A DNA stretch of 64,000 bases, from assembly GCA_963843565.1 (NCBI GenBank), contig CAWJKY010000002.1, positions 84,041-148,040 of the forward strand, written 5' to 3'. Shown here piece by piece: positions 24,362 through 34,414 of this stretch. Under the pieces are notes generated by a model. The model was not told the DNA's origin. It searched no databases and saw nothing but the letters and a program-made list of their open reading frames with translations. The DNA is from an uncultured Alphaproteobacteria bacterium. GTDB lineage: Bacteria > Pseudomonadota > Alphaproteobacteria > Rhizobiales > Kaistiaceae. How positions within the stretch are numbered: the stretch's first letter is position 1; the number at the start of each line of letters is the position of its first letter. Made by a program: the position numbers and the translations under genes.

Positions 24362-25431
24362 CCCCGCTCGCCGAAAAGATCGCCGCGCAGATTCGCGACA
24401 GCGGGCCGATCACGGTCGCCGACTTCATGGCGATCTGCCTCGCCGACCCCGAACACGGCTACTACATGCGCCAGGAGCCGTTCGGCAAAGCCGGCGACTT
24501 CGTCACCGCGCCCGAGGTGAGCCAGATGTTCGGCGAACTGGTCGGCCTGTGGGCGGTCGCCACCTGGGAGATGATGGGCGGCCCGCGCCCCTTCGTGCTC
24601 GCCGAACTCGGACCGGGGCGCGGCACGCTGATGGCCGACATCGTGCGTACGGCGGTGATCAAGCCGGCGTTCCTGCGCGCCGCCGACATTCATCTGGTCG
24701 AGATCAGCCCGCGCCTCAGGGAAGTACAGCAGGCGACGCTTGCCGCAACCGGCCTCGCTTTCCACTGGCATACCCGCCTCGACAACCTGCCGCGAGCGCC
24801 CGCGATCATCATCGCCAACGAGTTCTTCGACGCGCTGCCGGTGCGCCAGTTCCAGTGGCGCGACAGCCGCTGGAGCGAGCGCGTCGTGGGCCTGACAGCG
24901 GCCGGCGACCTCGGCTTCGGCCTGGCGCCGGTCGAGCAGCGGCCGCTGGCGATGCCGTTGCCGGAAAACGCGGTGATCGAATCCTCGCCGGCCGGCAAGG
25001 CGGCGATCACCACCATCTCCGGGCGGCTGAAGGCCGACGGCGGCGCCGCGCTGGTCATCGACTACGGCAGCGCCGACCCCGGCACCGGCGACACGCTGCA
25101 GGCGGTCAAGGCGCACAAATATGTCGACCCGCTCGCCGACCCCGGCGAGGCCGACCTTACCGCCCACGTCGATTTTGCCGCGCTGGCCCGCGCCGCCGAA
25201 GCCGCCGGCGCCCTGCCGCGCCCGGTCATGCGCCAAGGCGAGTTCCTCATCCGCATGGGGCTGGTCGAGCGCGCCAACGTGCTTGGCCGCGGCAAGGACA
25301 CCAAGGTCCGCGACGCGCTCGCCGCCGCCATGGAACGCCTCGCCGGACCCAAGGCCATGGGCGACCTGTTCAAGGTTCTGGCGATCTCGGCGCCCAAGCT
25401 GAAGCTGCCGATCTTCGACAAGATCACGTAA
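24358..25431 (+). CDS. Class I SAM-dependent methyltransferase (DUF185 / NDUFAF7-like)
   Basis: The GTG start overlaps the lgt stop (GTGA). [44 protein letters not shown]...[15 protein letters not shown]. Confidence 0.8.
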   Translation: MTPLAEKIAAQIRDSGPITVADFMAICLADPEHGYYMRQEPFGKAGDFVTAPEVSQMFGELVGLWAVATWEMMGGPRPFVLAELGPGRGTLMADIVRTAVIKPAFLRAADIHLVEISPRLREVQQATLAATGLAFHWHTRLDNLPRAPAIIIANEFFDALPVRQFQWRDSRWSERVVGLTAAGDLGFGLAPVEQRPLAMPLPENAVIESSPAGKAAITTISGRLKADGGAALVIDYGSADPGTGDTLQAVKAHKYVDPLADPGEADLTAHVDFAALARAAEAAGALPRPVMRQGEFLIRMGLVERANVLGRGKDTKVRDALAAAMERLAGPKAMGDLFKVLAISAPKLKLPIFDKIT

Positions 25432-25689
25432 GGGAATCGTTTTCCGAACGCCCTGTGAAATCCCGCGCCGCTGATCCGACAACTGTGTTTCGCTCAGGCT
25501 CGGATCGAACGACATGAACGGGTCAGAGCGCGAGATGGTTCGGTCTTGTGATCGCTTTCACGCGAGCGGACATCGCGCGCCGCGCGATTGCCGGCGTCAT
25601 CGCGTGGCCGCTGTTCCAAACTGATCGTGATCATGCCGTGCCGATGTCTCTGATCCTGCAAACCCTGGTGAACAGAGTGGAAGGCCTGC

Positions 25690-25717
25690 TTGACATACCC
25701 GCCCAAAATGATAAGTG
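25690..25717 (+). promoter_or_regulatory. Sigma70-like promoter of the membrane-protein/HTH cassette
   Basis: TTGACA (25690-25695), 16-nt spacer, TG-n-TAAGTG (25712-25717). Confidence 0.45.
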
Positions 25718-25719
25718 TA

Positions 25720-25736
25720 CTTGACATTATGTCAAG
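25720..25736. promoter_or_regulatory. Perfect palindrome CTTGACAT-T-ATGTCAAG (candidate operator)
   Basis: 8-bp arms read directly from the sequence, immediately downstream of the putative -10. The TTGACAT half-site also occurs at 25690-25696. Confidence 0.5.
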
Positions 25737-25762
25737 GATAGTTGTCATAGAAGGAGGATCAA

Positions 25763-26200
25763 ATGGTCAATCGCTCCTTATTGAGATGGGGGTATATCGG
25801 CGCCGGTGCGGTCGGCGCAGTGGCCATCGTCCTCGTACCGATGTCAATCTTCGGTCCACCCGTCTACGGGGATCCTGTGCGATTGGTGGTCATGTCGCTC
25901 GCAGCCGCACTCGCCACGGCCTGGAACGTCGCGTTCCTGGTGCTGGCGTTTCGCGCGCAGGACGAATTTGGTCAGAATGCAAGCAAGTTCGCCTGGTATT
26001 GGGGCGGATCGATTGGGCTCGCTGCATCGCTTCCTATCTTCGCTTTTGCCGCCTGGGGCGGATTCCACTGGCTCGCGCCGAACGTTCCGGCGGGAACCAA
26101 CATTCTTCGTGCCCTCATGGTCGGCTACTTGCTTCCCGTCTTCGCTCAGGCCATCGGCTTCCTAGTCGCCCGGGCTTACTGGCGCGCGTCCAAGCAGTGA
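25763..26200 (+). CDS. Hypothetical 4-TM membrane protein
   Basis: GAAGGAGG RBS upstream. Four hydrophobic segments. The stop overlaps the start of the downstream HTH gene. Confidence 0.7.
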   Translation: MVNRSLLRWGYIGAGAVGAVAIVLVPMSIFGPPVYGDPVRLVVMSLAAALATAWNVAFLVLAFRAQDEFGQNASKFAWYWGGSIGLAASLPIFAFAAWGGFHWLAPNVPAGTNILRALMVGYLLPVFAQAIGFLVARAYWRASKQ

Positions 26201-26391
26201 GGAACCGCCTGAAAGTACTGCGAGCTGAGCGCGATTGGAGTCAGGCCGACCTCGCCGAGCGGCTCGGCGTCTCTCGTCAAAGCGTCAACGCCATCGAGAG
26301 CGGCAAGTACGATCCCAGTCTGCCACTTGCCTTTAGGATCGCGCGCCTGTTCGCTCAACCGATCGAATCGATCTTCTTTGACGCCGAGTAG
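26197..26391 (+). CDS. Small XRE/Cro-type HTH regulator (y4mF-like)
   Basis: GTG 26197 overlaps TGA 26198-26200. VRNRLKVLRAERDWSQADLAERLGVSRQSVNAIESGKYDPSLPLAFRIARLF. Confidence 0.8.
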   Translation: MRNRLKVLRAERDWSQADLAERLGVSRQSVNAIESGKYDPSLPLAFRIARLFAQPIESIFFDAE

Positions 26392-26409
26392 TCCAAACCA
26401 AACAGACCG

Positions 26410-27180
26410 ATGATCCCCTTCCTCACCCACGACCGGCTCGCTCTCCCCGGCATCCGCCACGGCTTCTTCACCCGCGCCGGCGGCGTCTCCACCGGCGTCT
26501 ACGAGAGCCTCAACTGCGGCATCGGCTCCCGGGACGCGCGCGACAGCGTGCGCGAGAACCGGGCGCGGGTCGCCGCCGCCCTCGGCGTGGCGCCGGACAA
26601 GCTCGCGACGCCCTATCAGGTGCACGGCAACGACACGATCGCCGTCGACGAAGTCTGGGCGCCCGGCATGGGCCCCAAGGCCGACGCGGTGGTCACCGAC
26701 CGGCCCGGCATCGCGGTTGCCATCGGCACCGCCGACTGCGGGCCGATCCTCTTCGCCGACGCCGAGGCGCGGGTGGTGGCGGCCGCCCATGCCGGCTGGC
26801 GCGGCACGCTCGCCGGCATCGCCGAGGCGACGATCGAAGCCATGGTCGCGAAGGGCGCTCAGCGCAAGCGCATCGTCGCGGTCCTCGGGCCGACCATCAG
26901 CCAGGCGAACTACGAGGTCGGCGTCGACGTGCATGAACGCTTCGTCGCCGACGACCCGCACACCGCACGTCTGTTCAAGCCCTCCGGCCAGCCTGGCCAC
27001 TTCCTCTTCGACCTGCCCGCGGCGATCGTCGCGCGGCTGACCAGGGCCGGAATCGCGGCCAGCAAGCTGGATCTGTGCACCTACGGCGAACCGCAACGCT
27101 TCTTCTCCTACCGCCGCTCCGTCCACCGGAACGAGCGGGACTACGGGCGGATGATCTCCGCCATCGCGCTGGCGACCTAG
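26410..27180 (+). CDS. pgeF: Peptidoglycan editing factor PgeF (YfiH/DUF152 family)
   Basis: GIRHGFFTRAGGVSTGVYESLNCG...QVHG...DAVVTDRPGIAVAIGTADCGPILF...AAAHAGWRG...CTY...FFSYRR. Confidence 0.88.
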   Translation: MIPFLTHDRLALPGIRHGFFTRAGGVSTGVYESLNCGIGSRDARDSVRENRARVAAALGVAPDKLATPYQVHGNDTIAVDEVWAPGMGPKADAVVTDRPGIAVAIGTADCGPILFADAEARVVAAAHAGWRGTLAGIAEATIEAMVAKGAQRKRIVAVLGPTISQANYEVGVDVHERFVADDPHTARLFKPSGQPGHFLFDLPAAIVARLTRAGIAASKLDLCTYGEPQRFFSYRRSVHRNERDYGRMISAIALAT

Positions 27181-27182
27181 CG

Positions 27183-27701
27183 ATGCGCGGCGGCACGAAC
27201 ACCATGCGTCTCGTCGTTCTCCTGCTCGCGGTGGTGCTCGCCGGCTGCACGCGGGCGGCCGGGCCGCTTCCGGCGGCGACCGTGGCCGCCCCCGCCGATC
27301 CGGCCGCGGCCGAGGCGATCCAGCCGGTCGTCGTCGCCTTCGCGCCGGTAACCGGGGTGCCCCCGGACGTCCGCTTCGGGCTGGAGAGCCTGCTCAAGGC
27401 CTACGCCGGGTCCCGCAACATCACCGTGGTCGCCGAAGACGACCCCGCCGCGCAGTACCATCTCAAGGGCCGCTTCAACGCCGTCGCCACCACGGTCAAC
27501 GCCACGCTTGTCTATGTCTGGGATGTCTTCGACGCCAACGGCCGCCGAGTCACCCGATTCGCCGGCCAGGAACAGGGGAGCGGGACAACCGGCGACCCGT
27601 GGACGCAGGTCGCCGGCCAGATCGGCCCGGCCGCCCGCGAGACCATCGACGCGCTTGCCGACTGGCTGCGCACCCAGCCTGCCCGGAAGCCGTTGCCATG
27701 A
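27183..27701 (+). CDS. Lipoprotein, function unknown
   Basis: MRLVVLLLAVVLAGC contains the lipobox LAGC. The start is 27183 or 27204. Confidence 0.65.
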   Translation: MRGGTNTMRLVVLLLAVVLAGCTRAAGPLPAATVAAPADPAAAEAIQPVVVAFAPVTGVPPDVRFGLESLLKAYAGSRNITVVAEDDPAAQYHLKGRFNAVATTVNATLVYVWDVFDANGRRVTRFAGQEQGSGTTGDPWTQVAGQIGPAARETIDALADWLRTQPARKPLP

Positions 27702-27782
27702 CGGCCCCCACGTTGCTAGAAGCAGCCGGCAGTTAGCCGGATCAACGGCGCCCGCCAGACGGCGCCCCAAAGCGGGCGAGGC

Positions 27783-28718
27783 ATGAAACTTGTAGCCGGG
27801 AATTCCAACCGCGTCCTCGCCGAGGCCATTGCGGCCTACCTCGAGATGCCGCTCGCCAAGTGCTCGGTGCGGCGCTTCGCCGACCAGGAAGTCTTCGTCG
27901 AGATTCAGGAAAACGTCCGCGGCGAGGACCTCTTCATCATCCAGTCGACGAGCTATCCGGCCAACGACAACCTGATGGAGCTGCTGATCATCACCGACGC
28001 GGCGCGGCGTTCCTCGGCGCGCCGCATCACCGCGGTGATTCCCTATTTCGGCTATGCCCGCCAGGACCGCCGCGCCACCGGCCGCACGCCGATTTCGGCC
28101 AAGCTGGTCGCCAACCTGATCACCCACGCCGGCGCCAACCGGGTGCTGACCCTCGACCTCCACGCCGGACAGATCCAGGGCTTCTTCGACATCCCCACCG
28201 ACAACCTGTTCTCGGTGCCGGTGATGTCGCGCGACATCAAGGCCCACCACCCGGACATTTCCAACGCCATGGTGGTGTCGCCCGACGTCGGCGGCGTGGT
28301 GCGCGCCCGCGCGCTCGCCAAGCGCATCGACGCGCCGCTCGCCATCGTCGACAAGCGCCGCGAGCGGCCGGGCGAGGCCGAGGTCATGAACATCATCGGC
28401 GACGTCCGCGGCCGCCGCTGCATCCTCTTCGACGACATCGTCGATTCCGGCGGCACGCTGGTCAACGCCGCCGAAGCCCTGATGGACAAGGGCGCCGAGT
28501 CGGTGCTGGCCTACATCACCCACGGCGTGCTGTCCGGTGGCGCCGTGGCGCGCATCGTCGCTTCGCGCATCGATGAACTGGTGGTCACCAACTCGATCCA
28601 GCCGACCGCGGCGGTGCTCGCCGCCCGCAACATCCGCGTCTGCCCGGTCGCCCCCCTGATCGGCGAGGCCATCGCCCGCACCGCCCACGAGAAGTCGGTG
28701 TCGAGCCTGTTCGACTAG
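27783..28718 (+). CDS. prs: Ribose-phosphate pyrophosphokinase
   Basis: [24 protein letters not shown]...[11 protein letters not shown]...[14 protein letters not shown]...[11 protein letters not shown]...[12 protein letters not shown]. Confidence 0.95.
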   Translation: MKLVAGNSNRVLAEAIAAYLEMPLAKCSVRRFADQEVFVEIQENVRGEDLFIIQSTSYPANDNLMELLIITDAARRSSARRITAVIPYFGYARQDRRATGRTPISAKLVANLITHAGANRVLTLDLHAGQIQGFFDIPTDNLFSVPVMSRDIKAHHPDISNAMVVSPDVGGVVRARALAKRIDAPLAIVDKRRERPGEAEVMNIIGDVRGRRCILFDDIVDSGGTLVNAAEALMDKGAESVLAYITHGVLSGGAVARIVASRIDELVVTNSIQPTAAVLAARNIRVCPVAPLIGEAIARTAHEKSVSSLFD

Positions 28719-28728
28719 GGGAAAAGCG

Positions 28729-29085
28729 GTGCGCGCACTCAACTTCGCGGCGGCGGCGGCGATCGTCGCGGCGGTGTTCGCGGCCGGCGCGGCCCGGGCC
28801 GACGACTACGACAACGCGCTGCGCTGCATGATCTACATCGAGCTGGCCAAGGAGAATTACACCGCGGCCAACGTCGACGCGCTCCGCGCCGCCGGCGACA
28901 AGATGGTCGAATGGACGGACAGCGCGCGGCCGGCGGACCTCACCGACCAGCAGAAACTCGACCGCTGGAGCGCGGCCCTGGCCGGCGTCCAGCAGGAAGG
29001 CGGGCTGTCGTCGCCCGCAGGGCGGCAGGCGACGATCGAGTGCGCCGGGTACTTCGACATCGAGCTGACCCTCCCGGAAGGCTAG
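28729..29085 (+). CDS. Secreted hypothetical protein
   Basis: GTG start. Signal peptide MRALNFAAAAAIVAAVFAAGAARA. Two Cys residues. No motif. Confidence 0.55.
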   Translation: MRALNFAAAAAIVAAVFAAGAARADDYDNALRCMIYIELAKENYTAANVDALRAAGDKMVEWTDSARPADLTDQQKLDRWSAALAGVQQEGGLSSPAGRQATIECAGYFDIELTLPEG

Positions 29086-29110
29086 GCCGCCCGCCGCTTT
29101 CCGGCCCTGC

Positions 29111-29139
29111 TTGCCCTTTTTCGGCCCCTCCCCTATAAG
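29111..29139 (+). promoter_or_regulatory. Sigma70-like promoter upstream of rplY
   Basis: TTGCCC (29111-29116), 17-nt spacer, TATAAG (29134-29139), ~55 nt upstream of the ATG. Confidence 0.4.
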
Positions 29140-29194
29140 CCCGCCAGCCGCGCCGACACCCTTGGAGGCACGCGGCATTTCAAGGAGTTGACCG

Positions 29195-29947
29195 ATGGGC
29201 CAGACCTACGAGCTCTCGGCGACGGTACGCGAGAAGGTGGGCAAGGGGGCCGCCCGATCTGTACGTCGTCAAGGCATGGTACCCGCTGTGATCTACGGCG
29301 GCAGCCAACCCCCCCTTTCCATCAATCTCGGCGCACACGAGATCACCCAGCGCATCCACGGCGGCGGCTTCTACACGACCGTCGCGCTGATCGACCTGGG
29401 CAGCGAGAAGGTGCGCGTCCTGCCGCGCGACTACCAGATCAACCCGCTCGACGAGCGGCCGATGCACGTCGACTTCATGCGTGTCGCGCCGGGCGCCAAG
29501 GTCACCATCGAGGTGCCGGTGCAATTCATCAACGAGAGCCAGTCGCCGGGCATTCGCCGCGGCGGCGTGCTCAACGTGGTGCGCCACCGCATCGAGGTGA
29601 TCGCGCCGGTCGACAGCATTCCGGAGAGGATCGTCGCCGACCTGACCGGCCTCGACATCACCAACTCGCTGCATATTTCCGCAATCACGATGCCCGAAGG
29701 CATTACCCCGACGATCAAGCGCGACTTCACCGTCGCCACCGTTGCGGCACCGGCGGGCGTCAAGGAAGAGATGCGCGCCGCTGCCGAGGCGGCGGCGGCC
29801 GCGAAGGCTGCGGCTGCGGCTGCGGCCGAAGCCGGGGTGGAAGGCGCGCCGGCGGCGGGCGCCGAGGGCGCCCCTGCGGAAGGCGCCGCACCTGCGGACG
29901 CCAAGGCGGCGGCTCCGGGCGGCGACGCCAAGGGCGGCAAGAAGTAA
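29195..29947 (+). CDS. rplY: 50S ribosomal protein L25 / general stress protein Ctc
   Basis: YELSATVREKVGKGAARSVRRQGMVPAVIYGG...MHVDFMRV, with an Ala/Lys-rich C-terminal tail. Confidence 0.92.
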   Translation: MGQTYELSATVREKVGKGAARSVRRQGMVPAVIYGGSQPPLSINLGAHEITQRIHGGGFYTTVALIDLGSEKVRVLPRDYQINPLDERPMHVDFMRVAPGAKVTIEVPVQFINESQSPGIRRGGVLNVVRHRIEVIAPVDSIPERIVADLTGLDITNSLHISAITMPEGITPTIKRDFTVATVAAPAGVKEEMRAAAEAAAAAKAAAAAAAEAGVEGAPAAGAEGAPAEGAAPADAKAAAPGGDAKGGKK

Positions 29948-29998
29948 GGTCGGGGCAACGGGAGGGGTCCCGCCCCTCCCGCTGGAGGCCTGCCTCTG

Positions 29999-30718
29999 AT
30001 GCTGATCATCGTCGGCCTCGGCAACCCGGGGCCGGAATACCGGCTGCACCGCCACAACGTCGGCTTCATGGCCGTCGACGCGATCCATCGCCGGCATGGC
30101 TTCGGCCCGTGGCGGAAGCGCTTTCAGGCGGAGGTCTCGGAAGGCACGCTCGCCGGCGAGAAGGTGCTGCTCGTCAAGCCGCAGACCTACATGAACGAGT
30201 CGGGCCGCGCCGTGCAGCAGGCGGCGCGCTTCTACAAGGCGACGCCCGCCGACGTCATGGTGATCCACGACGAGGTCGACCTCGACCCGGGCAAGACGCG
30301 GGTCAAGACCGGCGGCGGCGCCGCCGGCCACAACGGGCTGCGCTCCATCGACGCCGAATTCGGCAACGCCTACCGGCGCCTCCGCGTCGGCATCGGCCAC
30401 CCGGGCGTCAAGGACGCCGTACCCCACTACGTGCTCCACGATTTTCACAAATCGGACGGGCCGTGGATCAACCCGCTCCTCGACGCCATCGCCGAGAACG
30501 CGCCGCTGCTTGCCGAGGGCAAGGACGCGACCTTCGCCAACCGGCTGCATGCGGCCACCCAGCCCGAGACAAAGGGCAAGGGCGGCAAGGGGATGAACGC
30601 AGCTGCGGACTCAAAATCTGAGGACGCAGCGAAATCCGGCAACGCCGCCGCGAAGGCCGAACCGCCGAAGCCCGAAGGCCCGCTGGCGAAAGGCCTGAAG
30701 AAGCTGCTCGGGTTCTAG
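29999..30718 (+). CDS. pth: Peptidyl-tRNA hydrolase (with basic C-terminal extension)
   Basis: [27 protein letters not shown]...[13 protein letters not shown]...[29 protein letters not shown]. Confidence 0.93.
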   Translation: MLIIVGLGNPGPEYRLHRHNVGFMAVDAIHRRHGFGPWRKRFQAEVSEGTLAGEKVLLVKPQTYMNESGRAVQQAARFYKATPADVMVIHDEVDLDPGKTRVKTGGGAAGHNGLRSIDAEFGNAYRRLRVGIGHPGVKDAVPHYVLHDFHKSDGPWINPLLDAIAENAPLLAEGKDATFANRLHAATQPETKGKGGKGMNAAADSKSEDAAKSGNAAAKAEPPKPEGPLAKGLKKLLGF

Positions 30719-30770
30719 GCGGCCTTCAGACGTCAGGTCGCACCTTCCCGCGTGTCGCCGCCCCGGAAGT

Positions 30771-31406
30771 TCACTGCTTCGGCAGGGCCTGGATCGTCGT
30801 CGGTTCGAGGCCCGGGGTGGCGCCAGTCATCTCGCACGTCAGTTCCCCGGTCGCGGTCGCCACGAAGCAGACGAAGTTGTTCTCCGCCCGCGTGACGCGG
30901 ATATCGGTCATCAGGTCGACGCAGGTGCGATAGAGCGCCCTGACATCGACGATCCCCTGCGCCGGGTCGCCGACCTCGAAATCCTGGATTTCGGCCGTTG
31001 ACCACATCCTCGGGTCACCGACCGCGACGCGGTCGACGGCAACCGTCGTTGGCGATTGCGACTGGCTGAGGGAGACGACCAGGGCGCCGCGCACCGCCTG
31101 TTCGAGTTCTGACGCGCCGGCTCCCGCATCGGACTGGAAGCACGCGTTCTGCACGACCGCCGGGCCTGGACAGGGGATCGCCTGGAGCTGGTCGGGCCGG
31201 AACGACTGGCCGGTCCCGGAAGGAAGACGAAGGTCGCGGACCATGAACTGGCCCGCCACGTTGCTGGGTCCGAGGACGACGGACGGCTTGCCGCCGTTGG
31301 TGGTGACGACGCAATCGCCGGCGGCAAACTGGGCATATGCCGACGACGCGAACCCGACGAGAAGTATGGCGATCAGCGCCGCAAGAGACGACCGCAGGGA
31401 TTTCAT
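30771..31406 (-). CDS. Secreted Cys-containing hypothetical protein
   Basis: MKSLRSSLAALIAILLVGFASSAYA signal peptide. Six Cys residues. Only the part of track ORF 30771..31712 downstream of this Met is credible. Confidence 0.6.
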   Translation of the reverse strand: MKSLRSSLAALIAILLVGFASSAYAQFAAGDCVVTTNGGKPSVVLGPSNVAGQFMVRDLRLPSGTGQSFRPDQLQAIPCPGPAVVQNACFQSDAGAGASELEQAVRGALVVSLSQSQSPTTVAVDRVAVGDPRMWSTAEIQDFEVGDPAQGIVDVRALYRTCVDLMTDIRVTRAENNFVCFVATATGELTCEMTGATPGLEPTTIQALPKQ

Positions 31407-31519
31407 GTTTCGCTCCGGAAGGACGGTGGGCGCGGTTTGCCCGGCGCGAAATCTGCGCCCGGCGACCCACGTCAGGCAAGGGCAACCGGACGACATCGAT
31501 CCCCCTCGCCCGCCGACAC

Positions 31520-32347
31520 CTAAGCGGCGCGGACGGCGTCCGCTCGCGCTCCTCGCTCCGCCAAACCCGGGCCCGCTTCGCCCGGAAGGGCGACTGTCGC
31601 GGCCCAGGCCGCCAGCATGTCGGCCAGACGCTCCGGTTCCGACAACATCGGCCAGTGGCCCGTGGGCAGCTCCTGGAGCGTCCAGTCGGGGCCGCCCATC
31701 GGCGCGAACCACGGATTCTTCGACGCGATCGCCGAGGTAACGGCAGCAAGCGGCATCGTGCAGAGGATCGCCAGGCGCGGCCGGCCGGCGGGAAACCTGC
31801 GGCCGGCGAGGCGCACCGGGTCGATGGCAACATGCAGCGGCTGGTCGGCGGCTTGGGCGCGGAAGCGGGCCCGCGTCGCGTCGTCGAGGCCGACGAGGCT
31901 TGCCGGCGCCATCTCTTCCCAGGCGGGCAGCGGGACGCGCCAGCCCTCCCCGACCTTCGCCGCGACCCGCACCAGATCGCCGCGCCCATTCGGGCCGGAG
32001 AAATCGGCGATCGACGCGCCGTCCGGAACCGGCCCCGAATCGACGAACACAAGGCCGGCGACGCGATCCGGCACGCGCGCCGAGGCGGCGTTGACGATCG
32101 CCCCGCCACCACTGTGCCCGACCAGAACCACGTCGTGGAGATCATTGACGGCGAGGAAGCGCTCGACGTCGCGAATGTGGGTTTCCAGCGTCACATGACA
32201 GCCGCCGTCGGCGCGCCGCCGGCCGAGACCGGTGAGATCGAGCGACAACGGCTGGTGACCGTCCGCCGCCAGACGCCGCGCCACATCGGCCCACGCCCAG
32301 GCACCGATCCAGAAACCGCCGACAAGAACGAATGTGGTCATGTGCAT
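31520..32347 (-). CDS. Alpha/beta-fold hydrolase
   Basis: TFVLVGGFWIGAWAW...VVLVGHSGGG (nucleophile elbow GxSxG)...FVDSG...TGHWPMLSEP. Confidence 0.8.
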   Translation of the reverse strand: MHMTTFVLVGGFWIGAWAWADVARRLAADGHQPLSLDLTGLGRRRADGGCHVTLETHIRDVERFLAVNDLHDVVLVGHSGGGAIVNAASARVPDRVAGLVFVDSGPVPDGASIADFSGPNGRGDLVRVAAKVGEGWRVPLPAWEEMAPASLVGLDDATRARFRAQAADQPLHVAIDPVRLAGRRFPAGRPRLAILCTMPLAAVTSAIASKNPWFAPMGGPDWTLQELPTGHWPMLSEPERLADMLAAWAATVALPGEAGPGLAERGARADAVRAA

Positions 32348-32484
32348 ACCTCCCTCGTCACTGCACCTTGCAGCGGCCTTGTGACAAATCGTGTCAGCAG
32401 GCCGCGCGCCTTGCCCTCCGCCCGCCGCCTCACTAGAAAGCGGCGCGCCTTCCCGCCCGGTCCTGGCTGAATTCGAGGAATTTC

Positions 32485-33582
32485 ATGGGTTTTCGCTGCG
32501 GCATCGTCGGCCTGCCCAACGTCGGCAAGTCGACGCTTTTCAACGCGCTGACCCGCACGGCCCTCGCCCAGGCCGCGAACTACCCCTTTTGCACGATCGA
32601 GCCGAACACCGGCGAGGTCGCCGTGCCCGACCCGCGCCTCGACGCGCTGGCGGCGATCGCCAAGCCCGCCGAGATCGTGCCGACGCGGATTTCCTTCGTC
32701 GACATCGCCGGGCTGGTGCGCGGCGCCTCCAAGGGCGAAGGGTTGGGCAACCAGTTCCTCGCCAACATCCGCGAGGTCGACGCCATCATCCACGTGCTGC
32801 GCTGCTTCGAGGGCGGCGAGGTGACCCACGTCGAGGGGCGCATCGACCCGGTCGCCGACGCCGAGACGGTCAACACCGAGCTGATGCTCGCCGACCTCGC
32901 CAGCCTCGAGCGGCGGGTCAATCCGCTGCGCAAACGGGCGCAATCGGGCGACAAGGACGCCAAGATCGAGGTGACGCTGATGGACGCGGCCATCGCGTTG
33001 CTCTCCGACGGCAAGCCGGCGCGCCTGACCGAGGTGCCGCACGGCGAGGAAGCGCTGTTCCGCTCCTTCAACCTGCTGACCAGCAAGCCGGTTCTCTACG
33101 TCGCCAACGTCGAGGAAGCCGCAGCGGCGACCGGCAACCGTCACGCCGAGGCGGTGGCGGCGATGGCCGAAGCCGAGGGCGCCGGCTGCGTCGTCATTTC
33201 GGCCGAGATCGAGGCGGAGGTCGCCCAGCTGTCAGACGCCGAGGAGCACGAGTTCCTCGAGACCATGGGGCTGCATGAGCCCGGCCTCGACCGGCTGATC
33301 CGCGCCGGCTACGAGTTGCTCGGCCTCATCACCTACTTCACCGCGGGGCCGAAGGAAGTCCGCGCCTGGACGATCCCCAAGGGCACACACGCGCCGGCCG
33401 CGGCCGGCGTCATCCACACCGATTTCGAGAAGGGCTTCATCCGCGCCCAGACTATCGCCTACGACGATTACGTCGGCCTCGGCGGCGAGCACGCCGCCAA
33501 GGAAGCCGGCAAGGCGCGCGAGGAAGGCAAGGACTACGTCGTCCAGGACGGCGACGTGATGCACTTCCGGTTCAACGTGTAA
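32485..33582 (+). CDS. ychF: Redox-regulated ATPase YchF
   Basis: GIVGLPNVGKSTLFNALT...ANYPFCTIEPN...VDIAGLVRGASKGEGLGNQFL...TYFTAGPKEVRAWT...GDVMHFRFNV. Confidence 0.95.
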   Translation: MGFRCGIVGLPNVGKSTLFNALTRTALAQAANYPFCTIEPNTGEVAVPDPRLDALAAIAKPAEIVPTRISFVDIAGLVRGASKGEGLGNQFLANIREVDAIIHVLRCFEGGEVTHVEGRIDPVADAETVNTELMLADLASLERRVNPLRKRAQSGDKDAKIEVTLMDAAIALLSDGKPARLTEVPHGEEALFRSFNLLTSKPVLYVANVEEAAAATGNRHAEAVAAMAEAEGAGCVVISAEIEAEVAQLSDAEEHEFLETMGLHEPGLDRLIRAGYELLGLITYFTAGPKEVRAWTIPKGTHAPAAAGVIHTDFEKGFIRAQTIAYDDYVGLGGEHAAKEAGKAREEGKDYVVQDGDVMHFRFNV

Positions 33583-33607
33583 TTGCACATCAACGACCCT
33601 TTCGTGT

Positions 33608-34414
33608 ATGAGACTCCGCGCCATGCCGCCGGCAGAACCCTCGACCAGTTTCAGCTTCGTCGATTTTGTGCTGTCCCCAAGCGGTGCGACCATCGCCTGG
33701 CTCGCCGCGCTGGCGTCCCTGCTCTTGGCACTTGTCCCGCTCGCCTTAGGTCTGGCCAATAGAAAGCGGGATGCGGCTGTCAAAGAGATACTCGACAAAT
33801 TCAACGCTAGCGAACAAATCGCAGTCGAGGCCAAAACTCTCGAAGAGAAGAAGCAAAGCGCTCAAGAAGAATTTAGAGACATCGAGAAACAAATATCCGC
33901 GTTTCAAAGCGACATAAAGGTACAGCTCCCAAAAGAGGCAAGAAAGGCTTTCTATTCGACATCCATTCCGCTGATCGATGAACAGCTTCAAGAATTAATC
34001 GACCGCCGGGCGCGAATGGTCGATGGGCTCCTCAAGCTCGGAGAACCCACTTTGGGCTTGAAAGCAACGGAGGAAATACTCGCGGAAGAGATAAGGACAA
34101 GATTGCTTGCAAGGAAAGAGCTGGAGAGAAATCAGACTTTCTTGTCGATCGCGACCGCGATGTCCGCCTCGGCCCTGTATGTGACTCCCTTCCCGTTCAA
34201 CAGAGCATTGGCTGGACTCTTCGCGATCATAATCGCGTTCATTGTCGCAAACCTGATAGCAAATTCGATCAACGTGTATCCCGAAGCAAAGCTTTCGAAA
34301 GTTCTTATGTCGCGATACTTTCGCCTGGGTGTGATTGGTTTCGCTGCGCTCTTGCTCCTTGGCGTCGTCACGGTCACCGCACTGATATTGCTGAACACAT
34401 ACTCTTATCGCTAG
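33608..34414 (+). CDS. AT-rich orphan gene: membrane protein with N-terminal TM, central coiled-coil-like segment and C-terminal TM bundle
   Basis: Clearly AT-richer than its flanks, with abundant AAA, GAA, ATA and TTA codons. WLAALASLLLALVPLALGLA TM segment, then a Lys/Glu-rich helical stretch (EEKKQSAQEEFRDIEKQISAFQSDIK...), then 3 hydrophobic segments. Confidence 0.65.
   Translation: MRLRAMPPAEPSTSFSFVDFVLSPSGATIAWLAALASLLLALVPLALGLANRKRDAAVKEILDKFNASEQIAVEAKTLEEKKQSAQEEFRDIEKQISAFQSDIKVQLPKEARKAFYSTSIPLIDEQLQELIDRRARMVDGLLKLGEPTLGLKATEEILAEEIRTRLLARKELERNQTFLSIATAMSASALYVTPFPFNRALAGLFAIIIAFIVANLIANSINVYPEAKLSKVLMSRYFRLGVIGFAALLLLGVVTVTALILLNTYSYR

Noticed and set aside
25494-25748. 84-codon minus-strand ORF in the cassette's upstream region
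   Set aside because: No RBS and Arg/His-rich composition. It overlaps the promoter and operator of the plus-strand cassette. Coding cannot be excluded, but it is unsupported.
26176-30621. Long antisense or out-of-frame ORFs over pgeF, prs, rplY and pth (26176-27126, 27177-28742, 29180-30550, 29188-30621)
   Set aside because: These overlap genes with strong family signatures. The translations are low-complexity and Arg/Gly/Asp-rich.
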